IMG/VR virus record: IMGVR_UViG_3300025655_000017
From: a virus
DNA length: 64,000 bases
Reading direction: 5' to 3' (one strand)
Shown here: positions 1-11,824 of the stretch, piece by piece
How the letters are laid out: every line of letters begins with the position of its first letter
How positions within the stretch are numbered: position 1 is the first letter of the stretch
Notes under the pieces: model-generated
Told to the model about the DNA's origin: nothing
The model's input: only the letters and a program-made list of their open reading frames with translations
The model's database searches: none
Translations under genes and position numbers: made by a program

Positions 1-1224
1 TGCATGTAAAGAATCATGATCACTCAAATAATTTAAGATTTCTTTAAATCTTTTATTGTCCACAACAGATGTAGGAATAAAAGTTTTTTCGTTAATATCG
101 TGACACCAATATTCTAGTTCTTCAACTTTTATTTTAGAAACATCAATATTTAAAGTTTCTGAATATAATAATCTCAAATTAGCTTTAGAATTATATTTTA
201 CTGCCATGTCTTGAAATTGCCAAACTCCTTTTAGATTGGTAATCCACACTATGGCAAATCTCATTTTACGTTTCCCTCTAATTTCTCCTAATTCACCATT
301 ATTTAATTTTAAAATATTATTTTCATAATAATTTGTTTTTGAAACAACAAAATCACCCGGCTCAAAATGAAAAGGTTGAGGATTTAGTTTTGATCTAATA
401 TACCGGCCAGCTTCTTTATAAGAGTACTGTGTATAAGAAATAAACTTACAACCTAAAGGGTTTTTCTTAAATTCTTCAATCATTTCTTCAGCAAACTGAT
501 ACTTATCATAAGTTATTCTTAAATGTTTTAATTTTTGGTTTTCGAGTTGTTTCCAGATTAAAGGATCAAATTCTTTTCCCTCCAAACCTTTGTAGATTTC
601 AGTACGAAATAATTTACCAATCTCTGAAATTTCACCACCATAGCGATAAGGATATAATAACTCAAATGTTTTCAATTTAAAAACAGGTGAAAACAATTCG
701 CCGTTTTTCCGTTCGATGGGAGGTAATTGACAAATATCTCCAACAAAAATTATAATAGAGTCTGCTCTTCTTATTTTTTCGATAATCATTAATTGTCGAT
801 GACTTACTTGTGAACATTCGTCAATGATAATATATTTAGCAAGTGCCAAGGGTGGCTTTACCAATGTTCTTTTACCCTTTTTACTATATGTATATTTAGG
901 AACTGGAACAAAATCAGTAACTCCATCCTCATTTGTAACTGGTCTACATTGTAGTGCAGCAGCAATTGTTTCAGCAGAATATTCATATTTAAAATTACCT
1001 AAGAAATTCTTTGCTACCCCCAACGCTTCATGTGCTAATGCACACACCAATATTTTATCATCTGGCTTTGCGACAGACTCAACAATTTGTCCACATACAT
1101 GAGATTTACCATGTCCAGCAGGGCCAATAATTACAATATCTTCTCTTTCGCTGAGAATATATTGACAAGCTTCGCGTTTAACTGTTTGCTGATTTTCATG
1201 TGATTTTTTTTGTAAATCAGTCAT
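1..1224 (-). CDS. Dda/RecD2-like SF1B DNA helicase (runs off the window start; not in ORF track)
   Basis: ATG at 1224; manual translation gives Walker A GPAGHGKS, Walker B IIIDECSQ and motif III VGDICQLPP. Confidence 0.85.
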   Translation of the reverse strand, partial: MTDLQKKSHENQQTVKREACQYILSEREDIVIIGPAGHGKSHVCGQIVESVAKPDDKILVCALAHEALGVAKNFLGNFKYEYSAETIAAALQCRPVTNEDGVTDFVPVPKYTYSKKGKRTLVKPPLALAKYIIIDECSQVSHRQLMIIEKIRRADSIIIFVGDICQLPPIERKNGELFSPVFKLKTFELLYPYRYGGEISEIGKLFRTEIYKGLEGKEFDPLIWKQLENQKLKHLRITYDKYQFAEEMIEEFKKNPLGCKFISYTQYSYKEAGRYIRSKLNPQPFHFEPGDFVVSKTNYYENNILKLNNGELGEIRGKRKMRFAIVWITNLKGVWQFQDMAVKYNSKANLRLLYSETLNIDVSKIKVEELEYWCHDINEKTFIPTSVVDNKRFKEILNYLSDHDSLHA

Positions 1225-1809
1225 TTTCTTTTTGTTTTATTTTGTTGTTCTAAAAGTTTTTTCTCACATTCAAATTTTTGGTCTAGTTGACTACATTGGG
1301 TATTAAACTGCCCAAATAAGTCGGGGAAATGTTTTTTAACCATTGCAGGTCGTGATCCATCTTTATAAGTCCATGCCCCACCTTTAAATTCTACATGATT
1401 TGAATAATCAATAATTTTTTGACCTATTTTGATTTTAAATTTATTACTTGAACTACACATATATTACAATGTTAATTTATTTAAAATGTAAAGAAATCCA
1501 TGTTTTTCACTTAATTCGTTAATTTTATCCACAACATCTTCTTTGTCGAAATTGTATATATCTGAGTCTTCAATATTATCTATTAAAGAAAGTTTATTTC
1601 TTAGTGATTCTATGTCACAGGTATATTTAACATAAGTTAAAATATCATCATCATCTAACCTAGATAATATATCACTACTATCAGAATTATTTGTAACATA
1701 TTTTGTTAATACGTCATCATCTATATTATCTAATACTTGACTTATAAAAGAAGTATCTGTAATATACTTTATGATTACTTTTACATCTATTAAATCTAAT
1801 ATTTGTTCG

Positions 1810-2877
1810 TTAGTTATTTTCTCTCTCATATTTTATAAAGTTTTGTCGAATTGTAAGAAAAATGATTTTAATTATTTCTTCATCTATATTTTCACGTAAA
1901 TTACTATTAGCATAAAGAAGTTTAATTTCATTAACGCTTTGCTCTGATTCTTCTAATAATTTCTCAAGGGTGAGATCGCCTCTGCGAATTGAAAGTAGAT
2001 AATTAGCATCTGGACGTTTAACAATTAATCCTTGCCCTAAAGCAATTTCTTTTGCCATAGTGAGTAATCTCACACAATGCATAAGATTTTTTCCATCAAT
2101 TTGCTGGTTGTGATTTTTTACATCAACATATCGGTCTGTATTTCTTTCTTTTAACCATTGTTGATATTCTCTATAATCTTTGCAATGTTGAGAATAAGAA
2201 TTTTTATTAAAGAAAAGATTGCAAATGAATGTATAAACCTTTTCTTTTGGTATAGATGAAAGCTTAACCTCATTAGATTCAGGGCCGCATAATCCCTTGA
2301 AAGAAGGATTATAAAAAACAGCATATCCATCCATGATATTAGGAATTTTCACCAAACCAAAATTATCTTGATTAAGGCCATATTTTTTAATATATTTTTT
2401 AAGAGAGGTAGATTTACCACTGTCCAAGAGAACAAAACAAAAATCCTCAATCGTTTTACGTTTAATTTTTTCTTTATCCCAGTTCATCTTTTTGTTAGTA
2501 CCTTTAGCTTTAGACATATTAGAAAACGCAAAACCTAAGAAACTATTACCACATTTTTTACTGAGAAATGCAGCTCTATTTTCGATGAATGGTTTAAAAT
2601 CATCATGGATATACATAATATCCTTTTCATTAGCAAAAACCATCTCTAGAATAGTAGAATTACTTGTTTTAAGTAGCTCTACGAACCTTTTAAGTTCAAA
2701 CGCTACATCATCCTTAGAAAATTCTATTTGGGGCATATAGCCATCCGTGAGTACAGACTGTGCGCTTTGACAATAAACGTGTTTATAATCATAGTCTGAA
2801 CCTTTGTGGTTTGTACCGTAAGCCCTTGAACCTACCAATACACTGTAAATGATTGTTCCTTCTTGTATATTTTTCAT
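1810..2877 (-). CDS. Pol-beta superfamily nucleotidyltransferase (RlaP/Nuc-transf-like)
   Basis: GSRAYG...SDYD motif; C-terminal KNLMHCVRLL...IRRG. Confidence 0.8.
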   Translation of the reverse strand: MKNIQEGTIIYSVLVGSRAYGTNHKGSDYDYKHVYCQSAQSVLTDGYMPQIEFSKDDVAFELKRFVELLKTSNSTILEMVFANEKDIMYIHDDFKPFIENRAAFLSKKCGNSFLGFAFSNMSKAKGTNKKMNWDKEKIKRKTIEDFCFVLLDSGKSTSLKKYIKKYGLNQDNFGLVKIPNIMDGYAVFYNPSFKGLCGPESNEVKLSSIPKEKVYTFICNLFFNKNSYSQHCKDYREYQQWLKERNTDRYVDVKNHNQQIDGKNLMHCVRLLTMAKEIALGQGLIVKRPDANYLLSIRRGDLTLEKLLEESEQSVNEIKLLYANSNLRENIDEEIIKIIFLTIRQNFIKYERENN

Positions 2878-4218
2878 GATACAAAGATAAGTTATTTATA
2901 CCTCAATAACAAATTTATTAGAGATAATATTAAAAAAAAATGTTATTTGGAAGTTAAACTAACTGTTTAATATTAACAGTTAGTTCATTTTTTTGTAAAG
3001 TCAATTGATTTAAATTTTCAATTAACAGAGTATAAAATTTTGATGAGTCGATTATTCCTGCTTCATTTAAAAGTTCTAATTCTTCCAAATCAATTTCATC
3101 ACTTAGAATATTAAAATCCTGTAAGATTCTAAGTGATGTTGCAGCACCATTATATTCATAGCAAGAAACTACTCCCGCAAATATAGTAATAATTTGATTA
3201 ATGTTCATATTTACTTTGTAAATTGATAGGTTAAATAATAATTTTCACAAAGATATATCATTTTTTGTAACTATGCAAACTATATAGATAAAATGATATA
3301 TTTAATCGACGAAATATAATTCCCTTGAAAATCTTTCAAAATAGTTGCCTACTAAGTATCTGGCCTCTGAAAATTCTTTGATAGAAAACTCCTCCACCGC
3401 TTTATAGAAACCTTCATATAAATATATTTCTTTAATTTCCTCTTGTGTAAGATCATCTATATTTAGTACTTTATATTTTTTTGATTCTAAGTTAATTTTA
3501 CGTATATCTTGTATGGGTATACCTAATACAACCATAACACTTATAGAAAGACCATCATGGCTAGGTTCAACAAAAAGTATTTCATCCATGAATTCGTTAA
3601 ACCCAGATAAAATATAGAATTGCCGATCATTTATTATAAGTTTTTTATTATTCATGTTTATTGAAAAAAGTTTTTTACACCCATTTCAAAAATAATGGGA
3701 TTTATATATTTTCCGTCGCTAAATAGAGAATTACTATTATATCTTTTCCCATGAGAAATTTCACAGCCAACGTATAACTCTGTATTTTTATAGAAAAAAT
3801 TCTTGTAAAGAGTTACCTCTATTTGTGCTCCCACGGTAACCCGTTGATGTTGAAAATTATATCTTGTAAAAGCATTACCTTCAATCCATCCCAATAACTG
3901 ATTTCGCATTAGACCTATATCAATCGTCATAGTATTGGCGCGTTCCTGATCTTTTTTAAGTAAATCATAAAAACTTTGATAACCAATTTGGATACCATAG
4001 GCCAATGATCGTTATTTCCAAAAATTAAGAGGTGTCAATTTTCGAAAGCCAATTTCAAAACTAACTCCATTAGCTCCTACCTCTGGTTCATTATTTACGA
4101 TGATGTTATTTACCCCTACGTTAAAGTATGAAGTATAACGAAAATTATCGGTTTGTCCTTTTAAAGAGAAAGAACAAAAAACTGCCAAAATAATAATAAT
4201 GTTTTTCATAAAAATTGT

Positions 4219-4950
4219 TTATTGCTTGACTATTTGTAGCCAGCGAGTTTTAATAAATTTAAAATAATCATCAGGATTAAGACCATAATTTCCTATTGAC
4301 CATCCATCCTGCAATTCAACTAATACGGTTTCGTTTTTATCAGTTACAGCAACATCAATACTATAAGCTTTAATTCCAATATTCATTATCTTTTCACTGA
4401 TATATAAAATATCGTTTATAGTATCAACATTAGGAAATAACATAACAGCACCACTATAATTACAAGCTTTTAATATTTCTGCATTGAGTATATAAACTCT
4501 CCATTCACTTTTTATATTTATAACATCTTGAAATAAAGCAATTATATCTTTATTTTCCACATCTTGAGTATACATTAGATAATCATCCTCTTTTTTTTGT
4601 ACAAAGGGATAAAATTCTTTATGTTTACCATAAGGTTTAACAAATATAGGTTTTTCATGTAAATTACAATTAGATATTTTATCTAACCATAATTTACGGC
4701 CTAAAAGAAAACTATTTAGTTCTTGAAATTTCAACATATCTATAGGAGCTGGAACATTAACTCCTAACTCTTCTAAATATTGACTTGCTGATTCAACTGA
4801 TCCACAAATAATGTTTTCATCATTAATAGGCACAGTATCAATTGTATTAAAATGTTTTACTTCAATATCGTTATTTATTGCCCCAATTTGTGCAGATGTA
4901 GTGAAATCCCATATTGGATTTTTGTCGTTTGTTTGTATGTATAATTTCAT
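4219..4950 (-). CDS. ATP-grasp protein (R2K-clade-like)
   Basis: PIFVKP, SEWRVYI, AYSIDVAV, LVELQDGWSIGNYG motifs. Confidence 0.7.
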   Translation of the reverse strand: MKLYIQTNDKNPIWDFTTSAQIGAINNDIEVKHFNTIDTVPINDENIICGSVESASQYLEELGVNVPAPIDMLKFQELNSFLLGRKLWLDKISNCNLHEKPIFVKPYGKHKEFYPFVQKKEDDYLMYTQDVENKDIIALFQDVINIKSEWRVYILNAEILKACNYSGAVMLFPNVDTINDILYISEKIMNIGIKAYSIDVAVTDKNETVLVELQDGWSIGNYGLNPDDYFKFIKTRWLQIVKQ

Positions 4951-4953
4951 AAA

Positions 4954-5328
4954 TTAATAAATTGATAATCTTGGTAAAATTTTGTTATATGATATAATAT
5001 CTTTTTCTATCAATATATATTTCCGATTAAGTTGTTCACATGCTTCTATCCAATTAAAAACAACTGATGAATAGAATGTTATAATGGCATCCTTATCATT
5101 CTTAGTCAAGTCAATAACATTATACCTATTTTTCAAAAACATCACAATAGTATACGGTGATATTTTAGTACCATGTAAAAATAGTTTACTATTTGCTATG
5201 TTAGTAGCCCCATTATTGGGATCAACAAACCATTTATTAAACTCATCAATGTTTAACATTTCAGGAGTTAATACTATAGGTGGTTTCTTTTTAAATATTT
5301 TTTCAAAAAAATTTTTCATAAAGTTCAT
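4954..5328 (-). CDS. Hypothetical protein, paralog of 5325..5630
   Basis: Shares TPxMLNIDxFNxWFVDPxNGAT with its neighbour. Confidence 0.7.
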   Translation of the reverse strand: MNFMKNFFEKIFKKKPPIVLTPEMLNIDEFNKWFVDPNNGATNIANSKLFLHGTKISPYTIVMFLKNRYNVIDLTKNDKDAIITFYSSVVFNWIEACEQLNRKYILIEKDIISYNKILPRLSIY

Positions 5329-5630
5329 AGTTTACTTATTTTAATTTTCCAATCTTTAAGAATTTCATCGCGAAAATTCATGACATCAGTTTCATCTATT
5401 TCTATTGGCCCATATATATGCTCTAAAAACTCACCTATTTGTGACCTACTTAGTTTATCACTTCTTAGAAAAATACCCGCATGAGCATATGTTGCCCCAT
5501 TTTCAGGATCAACAAACCACTCGTTAAACTTATCTATGTTTAACATATCAGGGGTTATTTTAGTTTTTATCATCGGTGGAATTTCCTCTACTTTAACAAA
5601 AACCCTGCAAAACCAATTATATAACTTCAT
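5325..5630 (-). CDS. Hypothetical protein, paralog of 4954..5328
   Basis: Shared TPDMLNIDKFNEWFVDPENGAT block; ATGA overlap. Confidence 0.7.
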   Translation of the reverse strand: MKLYNWFCRVFVKVEEIPPMIKTKITPDMLNIDKFNEWFVDPENGATYAHAGIFLRSDKLSRSQIGEFLEHIYGPIEIDETDVMNFRDEILKDWKIKISKL

Positions 5631-5676
5631 ATTTTTATTTTTTGTAAATATATAAATATATTATGACAACTCCTAA

Positions 5677-6237
5677 TTATTTTTCAATTTTTTGTTTACC
5701 CCATCCGACGTTAATCTTTCCCTCATCGTTAAAGGTATATGACAAAAGATCGTTTAAGATGTTTTCATCAAATCCTTCAGCAGCCAGAGAACAATCTTCT
5801 CTTTGTTCGGTAATATTAACAATATTGTCTTTCGCATTAATTAGAGCGAATACATTTGATTCTATTGTATCAATATAATTAACAAAATATACCTCAGTAG
5901 TATTTGTTTGATCAATTCTAATGAACCGAAAATACCATTGTGAAATAGCTGGCATATTCCAACGTAATCCCTGTACTATTGCCACGTCAACATAGCCCAT
6001 ATTTTTACCAGCTTTCAAGCTTTGTTGAGTACAGATTAAGATACCATTTTCACTTGCTTCATATTCTTTTAATACTTTTTCTCGGCTTTTTTTATCAATT
6101 GATCCCGTATAGACAAAAATTGGCCGATCAAACATTTTATTAAATTGAGTCTCATAAAAATCTACAACGTCTAACCTTGTACAACCAATGGCTATTTTTT
6201 CATTAGGGTGGCTTCTACAAATATCAACACATTTCAA
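5677..6237 (-). CDS. SNF2 helicase C-terminal domain (-1 frame continuation of 6234..8513)
   Basis: TQQSLKAGKN, WN...QWYFRFIRI helicase-C-like motifs. Confidence 0.7.
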   Translation of the reverse strand: MKCVDICRSHPNEKIAIGCTRLDVVDFYETQFNKMFDRPIFVYTGSIDKKSREKVLKEYEASENGILICTQQSLKAGKNMGYVDVAIVQGLRWNMPAISQWYFRFIRIDQTNTTEVYFVNYIDTIESNVFALINAKDNIVNITEQREDCSLAAEGFDENILNDLLSYTFNDEGKINVGWGKQKIEK

Positions 6238-8513
6238 TAATTTGGTATTAATTCCCCCTTTAATTCTTCAAATCGTTCTGGATAAATTGTTGTTTCAATC
6301 AAAAGATTTAGTTGGCGAATAATTCTAAGCGCAGAATCTTTACGGGAATTGCCAGTGCTGTCATAATATGCACGAATATAGTTACCAGTTTGTTCCAAAA
6401 TATCTTCGTGTAACATTTTTTCGTCAAATGTCGGATTAATCAATATATGGTTGATATTGTACTTATCTGCTGCAATGTCCTTAAATTTTCGAATAAGCAA
6501 TACAGTGTCCAACAAATTAATTAATTCAGTTTCATTGTAGATGTCTTGGTTTTGTTTACTAATCCCAAATACTGACTTTTTAGCTGGGCAAAAACATCTC
6601 TTAAAATCACTAAATCCCTTATATGATTTGAAAGGCTGGCCTATTTTATCATTTTTAGTTTTAATAATTTTGTTTGGTTCTCCTTTTACTTTTTGCTCAA
6701 TATACCAATTTTCGCAATTATTTATGTATGTTCCATTATAAAGAAAATCTATTAATGGGAAATATTCTGCAACATTGTTACTTATTACAGTTCCTGACAT
6801 ACATAGCTTTCTTTTAGCTGAAACAAACAAATTTCGCACAGCTTTATAGGTATTGGAAGTATAATCATTCATGTCTTGACATTCATCAACAATAACATCA
6901 AAATCAAATGATTTCATATATTTTTTAATCTGGCGAAAACCAAATTTACTAGTATTATCACCTGCTTTATTGCGCTTTATTGTTCGTGCCAAAAGCTCTG
7001 TTGTAAAAATATAATAATCAACATCTTTTTTAATGTCAGATGGTGTCTTAACAATAACAAATGATTTTTTATTAGCTTTAAGAAAAGACAACCAATCTTT
7101 TTCGACTACTTTAGGAAAAACCAAACATTTTTTTCTATGTGTATATTCTGCCCATACAAATGAAGTTATAGTTTTTCCTAAACCTTGTTGGTGTCCAACT
7201 AAACTATAAGGTTTAGACAAAATTTTAACAATATCTTCACTTTGATACCAAAGAGGGTTGATTGATTTTCCACCGTGATTTTTTAAAGTACAATTGTTAA
7301 CATAATTTTTTACTTCCTCAGAAACAACAATATCCTTATACTTTGTTAATTGATTAGGATCAACAATAGTTCTAAAACGCTCACCCTTACGTTTTTTCTT
7401 TAGACCTATAATTTGCTTCAACCTAAAAATAACTTTGGGTTTTGTTAATTTGATTTTTTGCCATTCTTCTGAAGATACCGTTGGGGGTTGTTGTTGGTTA
7501 GCAAATTCGTTGAGGATATAAATTGCCTTTGTATATTTTTCTTCTCCTTGGTGTGTTTTAATTTCAAACAGTAATTTTTTTACAACAAAGGGGAAGGCTA
7601 ATTCTTCAGTGATTTGGCCCAACTTAAAAGAAAAATCATTTTCATTTAAACTGTCGGACAAAGTACTAACCGTATATTTTTTGCGATCAATTTTTAGTGC
7701 AGCGATTTCGTTTTTAATATCTAAGTGATTGGTATAATCATCACTCATGGTATTATTATCAAATTCACGACCTTGACAGTTTTGGAAAAACAATACTTTT
7801 ACGGGATACTTTAAATCATAAGCTGCAAACGCATTTTTCATCTTATAAGCCCCTAAAAAATTTAAATTTTCATTAATAAATTTAATTTGTGCAGAGTAAT
7901 AAAAATCATCCATCAAATATGTATCGGGAACAATCAATACAATAAAACCATATTTTTTTGTCCAGATAACAGATTTTTCCAATATGTAGTTTTGTGCTGT
8001 TTTATTTCCGAACTTCAAATTGAAGGGTGGGTTGGCCACAACATAATCAAACTTCTTTTCTTGATTGAAGTTTAATATATCACAGTTTATGATTTTTTGA
8101 TTGTTAAAAAGATATGAAGCAATAGTAAATACTTCCTCATCTTTCTCTACCCCAGTAAAATTACCTGACTCCACGTTATTGGCAAAAACTCCAATTCCAC
8201 AAGTAGGATCAAATAACGTAGCGTGTTTTTCTACTCCTAAAATACTAGTAATAGTGTTGGCACTATCAATAGAAGTAAAAAACTGTCCTTGCTCTTCATC
8301 ACGTTTTGCCCTAATAAAATCAGAAAAGGATGAATGCTTTTTCCGCTCAACCCCTGAAATTGCCCCATGACCACTATATACACTGAAAATATTGGCTTTA
8401 GTTAGAAGTTTTTCATCACCTCTAAGATTGTACCTTGCTTGTTTAATACAAGCTGCATTTAATAATGCCCGTTGTTCTTGAGGGATTGTTTGGGTTGATA
8501 TGTTATATCTCAT
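6234..8513 (-). CDS. N6-adenine DNA methyltransferase fused to SNF2 ATPase N-domain (DarB-like)
   Basis: GQFFT, FDPTCGIG, ANPPF; QQGLGKT, VDECQ, MSGT. Confidence 0.8.
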   Translation of the reverse strand: MRYNISTQTIPQEQRALLNAACIKQARYNLRGDEKLLTKANIFSVYSGHGAISGVERKKHSSFSDFIRAKRDEEQGQFFTSIDSANTITSILGVEKHATLFDPTCGIGVFANNVESGNFTGVEKDEEVFTIASYLFNNQKIINCDILNFNQEKKFDYVVANPPFNLKFGNKTAQNYILEKSVIWTKKYGFIVLIVPDTYLMDDFYYSAQIKFINENLNFLGAYKMKNAFAAYDLKYPVKVLFFQNCQGREFDNNTMSDDYTNHLDIKNEIAALKIDRKKYTVSTLSDSLNENDFSFKLGQITEELAFPFVVKKLLFEIKTHQGEEKYTKAIYILNEFANQQQPPTVSSEEWQKIKLTKPKVIFRLKQIIGLKKKRKGERFRTIVDPNQLTKYKDIVVSEEVKNYVNNCTLKNHGGKSINPLWYQSEDIVKILSKPYSLVGHQQGLGKTITSFVWAEYTHRKKCLVFPKVVEKDWLSFLKANKKSFVIVKTPSDIKKDVDYYIFTTELLARTIKRNKAGDNTSKFGFRQIKKYMKSFDFDVIVDECQDMNDYTSNTYKAVRNLFVSAKRKLCMSGTVISNNVAEYFPLIDFLYNGTYINNCENWYIEQKVKGEPNKIIKTKNDKIGQPFKSYKGFSDFKRCFCPAKKSVFGISKQNQDIYNETELINLLDTVLLIRKFKDIAADKYNINHILINPTFDEKMLHEDILEQTGNYIRAYYDSTGNSRKDSALRIIRQLNLLIETTIYPERFEELKGELIPNY

Positions 8514-8601
8514 GGAATCTCATTTTGTTATTTGATAATAGCAAAGATACAAGATATTCACAACTTTATCTAATTTTTTAGCAATATTTATATAAAAAAA
8601 T

Positions 8602-9297
8602 ATGAACTACATAAAGTATATTTTAATAGGGGTGGGGCTTTTACCTTTTATTTTGTTTGCCCAACAGACCTATCTTTTTGATGCAACATATTTAGAACCA
8701 ATAAATGATTCTATTTCTCTATATGAAATAAAAATGGCTAATTTTGAAAATAGCTATCAGAATTTTCTCTACTATGAAGTAGAGGGAGAAACTTTTGATT
8801 ATTCAACTAATTCTAGTAGGGAAAAAATAGTAGGTACTTATGATGAAAGAGGCTATTCATTTTATCATTTTAATAATGATAATTACTTAGAACGTTTGGA
8901 TAGGAACATATTTAATGGTTCTTTAAATCGCGTAATAGATGGGGACACTTATTGGATGAATATACTAGTACCAACGTCACAGGGGCGTTTTAAGACAACT
9001 AGATTAAAAGTAAGACTCTATAACTGTGATGCTTATGAAAAAACAACCATGACCCTTTACAATAAAGATTTAAAAAGAAGAGAAACAGATCAGGAACATG
9101 ATCAACGACTGGTAAAAGCAAAATTAGCTAAAAAATATGCTGAACATTTGTTGACAACAATCCCCTTTACTATTGTTTATAAACATAAATATAGAAATTC
9201 AAGGATTGTTGCCACGATAATGTTTAATACTGGAAAAACCATGAAACAATATTTACAAGAAGCAGATTTGCTGACAGGTAAATATGAAACATTTTAA
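8602..9297 (+). CDS. Signal-peptide-bearing hypothetical protein (late-motif gene)
   Basis: Hydrophobic N-terminus ending LFAQQ; TATTTATA at 8585-8592. Confidence 0.6.
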   Translation: MNYIKYILIGVGLLPFILFAQQTYLFDATYLEPINDSISLYEIKMANFENSYQNFLYYEVEGETFDYSTNSSREKIVGTYDERGYSFYHFNNDNYLERLDRNIFNGSLNRVIDGDTYWMNILVPTSQGRFKTTRLKVRLYNCDAYEKTTMTLYNKDLKRRETDQEHDQRLVKAKLAKKYAEHLLTTIPFTIVYKHKYRNSRIVATIMFNTGKTMKQYLQEADLLTGKYETF

Positions 9298-9299
9298 CT

Positions 9300-9860
9300 A
9301 ATAAGCTTATATAGACTTTTCTTATTTATGTTAGAAATAGCTTCATCAAAAGTTATTTCATTGTTATCATTTAGATAAGAAAAAATAGTTAACAAAGGTT
9401 TTTTATTTTTATCAAAGTTTATTGATTTACTTGCTTATATTTTCTTTTAAGAATTCAAACTTCTCTCTGACAGGAGTAATAATGGTTTCATAATTTCGTG
9501 CAAGTTTATCTAATTGTACCTTTAAATCTGGAAAAGATGCTACTACCTCTTCAATTTCATTATTAAGAATAACAACAACTAACCGCCATTTTGAAGCAAT
9601 ATCTCCATTAAATTGAGAAAAAATAATATAACTATTAGACTTTACTTTTAACCTATTAAAATTCTCATCAATGATGACATATCCTTCAAAATTTACGTCA
9701 CCATATTTTACGTTTTTCAGAGAATCTACCATTTCTTTTTCGTCTTTAAAAAAATATTGTTTAGGTCGTTCAATATTGTGTTTTTGAGCAAATTCATCTA
9801 ATGCTTTCTGATCTCTTTCAATGAAAGAGTCAAGCTCTCGAATTGCTAATAAAACAAAAG
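9300..9860 (-). pseudogene. C-terminal remnant of an Rnl1-type RNA ligase
   Basis: FEGYVIIDENFNRLKVKS parallels FEGVILVDKNGNRIKVKN of 60223..61398; the upstream frame reads VLLAIRE; no motif I. Confidence 0.7.
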
Positions 9861-10000
9861 ATTACTCCTCTATTTTATCAATAAAAAACATCTTTAGAAT
9901 ATCACTTAGAAGTATATCTTCTTTAGTGCCATCACTAAATTCTTGATACATCCATGCATTGAAAAAACCATTATTTTTCAACCAGATTATTATCTCCTCA

Positions 10001-11056
10001 TCAGATATTTTCATGTAGGTATGCCTTAAAAATTGCAACAGTTTCCTTTCCAATTTGATTTTTTACATCACCACCCTCTAATTTATTTGCAACTAAAGCA
10101 TCCATTTCCTCTTTAAAGACATCTTGTATAACCCATTTTACAATGTCACCAGTATCTTTCATAGTTGGTTGACGATCTTCACAAATTGTTGTAATCGCTT
10201 GAATTACCCTATTTTTAGTAACTGCATACTCAACAAATTCTTTTATTGAATTTAGTTTTTCAATTTCAATTGGATTAAAAGTCTTTTCTTTTCCTTTGGT
10301 ATTTTTGTGTTCTTCACCCTTAGATTTAAAGATTAAAAATTCATCCTTATACATTGCCGTACAAACAATTCCTTCACCAATACCACTAATTCCAAAATAC
10401 CTTCCAATGGGGCATTCATTTTCAACATCTTCAACAATAGTATCTAATGCAATTTGACCTGCTTTAGCATCATTAAAGTCAATAGTGACTTTATAGGTAT
10501 CAAAACAATATGTATTAAAACATCTAATTGACTCATTAAAGGGTAGAAGAGTTTCAATTTCATCTGTCACCCAAATTCTTTTATAAGGTTCTCCGACTGT
10601 TTTACCGTCTTTTATAAGACAAATGGAATAAGCCATAAAGAATTTAGGCAACCCATTGATTGCAACTTTTGCTTGGATATTTCCACCAGCCCATTCACCA
10701 TATAACACAATTTCATCATACTCTATTTCAGAAAATTGATTATCGTTTTGGATAGATTCAAAATATTCTGTAAAATATTCAAGGTTTGCATAAACCCACT
10801 CACTGAACCCCATGTGCCCAGTCCATCCATCTAACACAGCATTTTTGCTAAGTGTTTTAATTTCTTTTGTGAGAGGGTTATAACCAAGACCTGCGTTTGT
10901 GCCATGTGCCTTTACGGTACACATAAAAGTAATAACTGGAAGAGGGATTGTTTCATCATAAATGACAAAACCATTTTCTACACCTTTGAACCAAGTTTTA
11001 TGTTTTACAGTGTTAATAATATTTAAATAGCCTTCTGTTTTTATATATGTTTTCAT
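10001..11056 (-). CDS. RNA ligase 2 (Rnl2 family)
   Basis: Motif I KAHGTN, LYGEWAG, GEGIV, FKSKG. Confidence 0.85.
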   Translation of the reverse strand: MKTYIKTEGYLNIINTVKHKTWFKGVENGFVIYDETIPLPVITFMCTVKAHGTNAGLGYNPLTKEIKTLSKNAVLDGWTGHMGFSEWVYANLEYFTEYFESIQNDNQFSEIEYDEIVLYGEWAGGNIQAKVAINGLPKFFMAYSICLIKDGKTVGEPYKRIWVTDEIETLLPFNESIRCFNTYCFDTYKVTIDFNDAKAGQIALDTIVEDVENECPIGRYFGISGIGEGIVCTAMYKDEFLIFKSKGEEHKNTKGKEKTFNPIEIEKLNSIKEFVEYAVTKNRVIQAITTICEDRQPTMKDTGDIVKWVIQDVFKEEMDALVANKLEGGDVKNQIGKETVAIFKAYLHENI

Positions 11057-11224
11057 TTGTTTTATTTTTGTAGTTTAAAAATTAATTCATTATATTTGTT
11101 GGGAATACTATTGTACCAACCAATATAAATTTCCGATTCAAATTCCATCCACTCCCCACTATAATACAAGTCTTACAACTTTTAATAATAAAAAATAGAA
11201 AAATGTTTAATTTTATTATTTTTT

Positions 11225-11824
11225 ATGCTATTTATTATTATGGAACAAAGATACAAAAAACTTTCTAAATATGCAAGAGATAATGGGATTAATTATCGCA
11301 CAGCATGGAATTATTTTAATAAAGGGCTAATCAATGGAGCTTTTAAAAACGATATGGGAACAATTCTTGTTCCTGTTATTGAAAAAAAACCTGAATTAAC
11401 TAATAATAAAGCAGCGGTATATGCTAGAGTTTCCTCTAATGATCGAAAGCAATCTTTGATTGAACAATTAGAACGACTTAATAATTATTCTGTTAATAGT
11501 GGTTATCAAGTCGTACATTCTGTAAAAGAAATTGGTAGCGGTATGAATGATAACCGACAGAAACTTTCTAAGTTACTTAATCAAGATGATTGGAATGTTT
11601 TAGTAGTAGAAAATAAAGATAGATTAACCAGATTCGGTTTTAATTACTTAAAATTACTTTTAGAAAAACAAGGTAAAACCATAGAGGTAGTAAATCAAGC
11701 TGAGGATGATAAACAAGATTTAATGGCAGACTTAATCAGTGTTATTTACAGCTTCTCAGCAAGAATGTATGGATTAAGACGTAAAAAAAATAAAGAAGAA
11801 ATAATAAATTTTTTAGAAAATTAG
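11225..11824 (+). CDS. tnpA: IS607 serine recombinase transposase (true start probably Met at 11240)
   Basis: N-terminal HTH, VYARVSS, DRLTRFGF, SFSARMYG. Confidence 0.92.
   Translation: MLFIIMEQRYKKLSKYARDNGINYRTAWNYFNKGLINGAFKNDMGTILVPVIEKKPELTNNKAAVYARVSSNDRKQSLIEQLERLNNYSVNSGYQVVHSVKEIGSGMNDNRQKLSKLLNQDDWNVLVVENKDRLTRFGFNYLKLLLEKQGKTIEVVNQAEDDKQDLMADLISVIYSFSARMYGLRRKKNKEEIINFLEN

Noticed and set aside
824-1102. Plus-strand ORFs opposite real genes (also 2492, 5084, 6541, 8101, 19649, 26072-27295, 45389, 54497 and others)
   Set aside because: Antisense shadows of well-supported minus-strand CDSs
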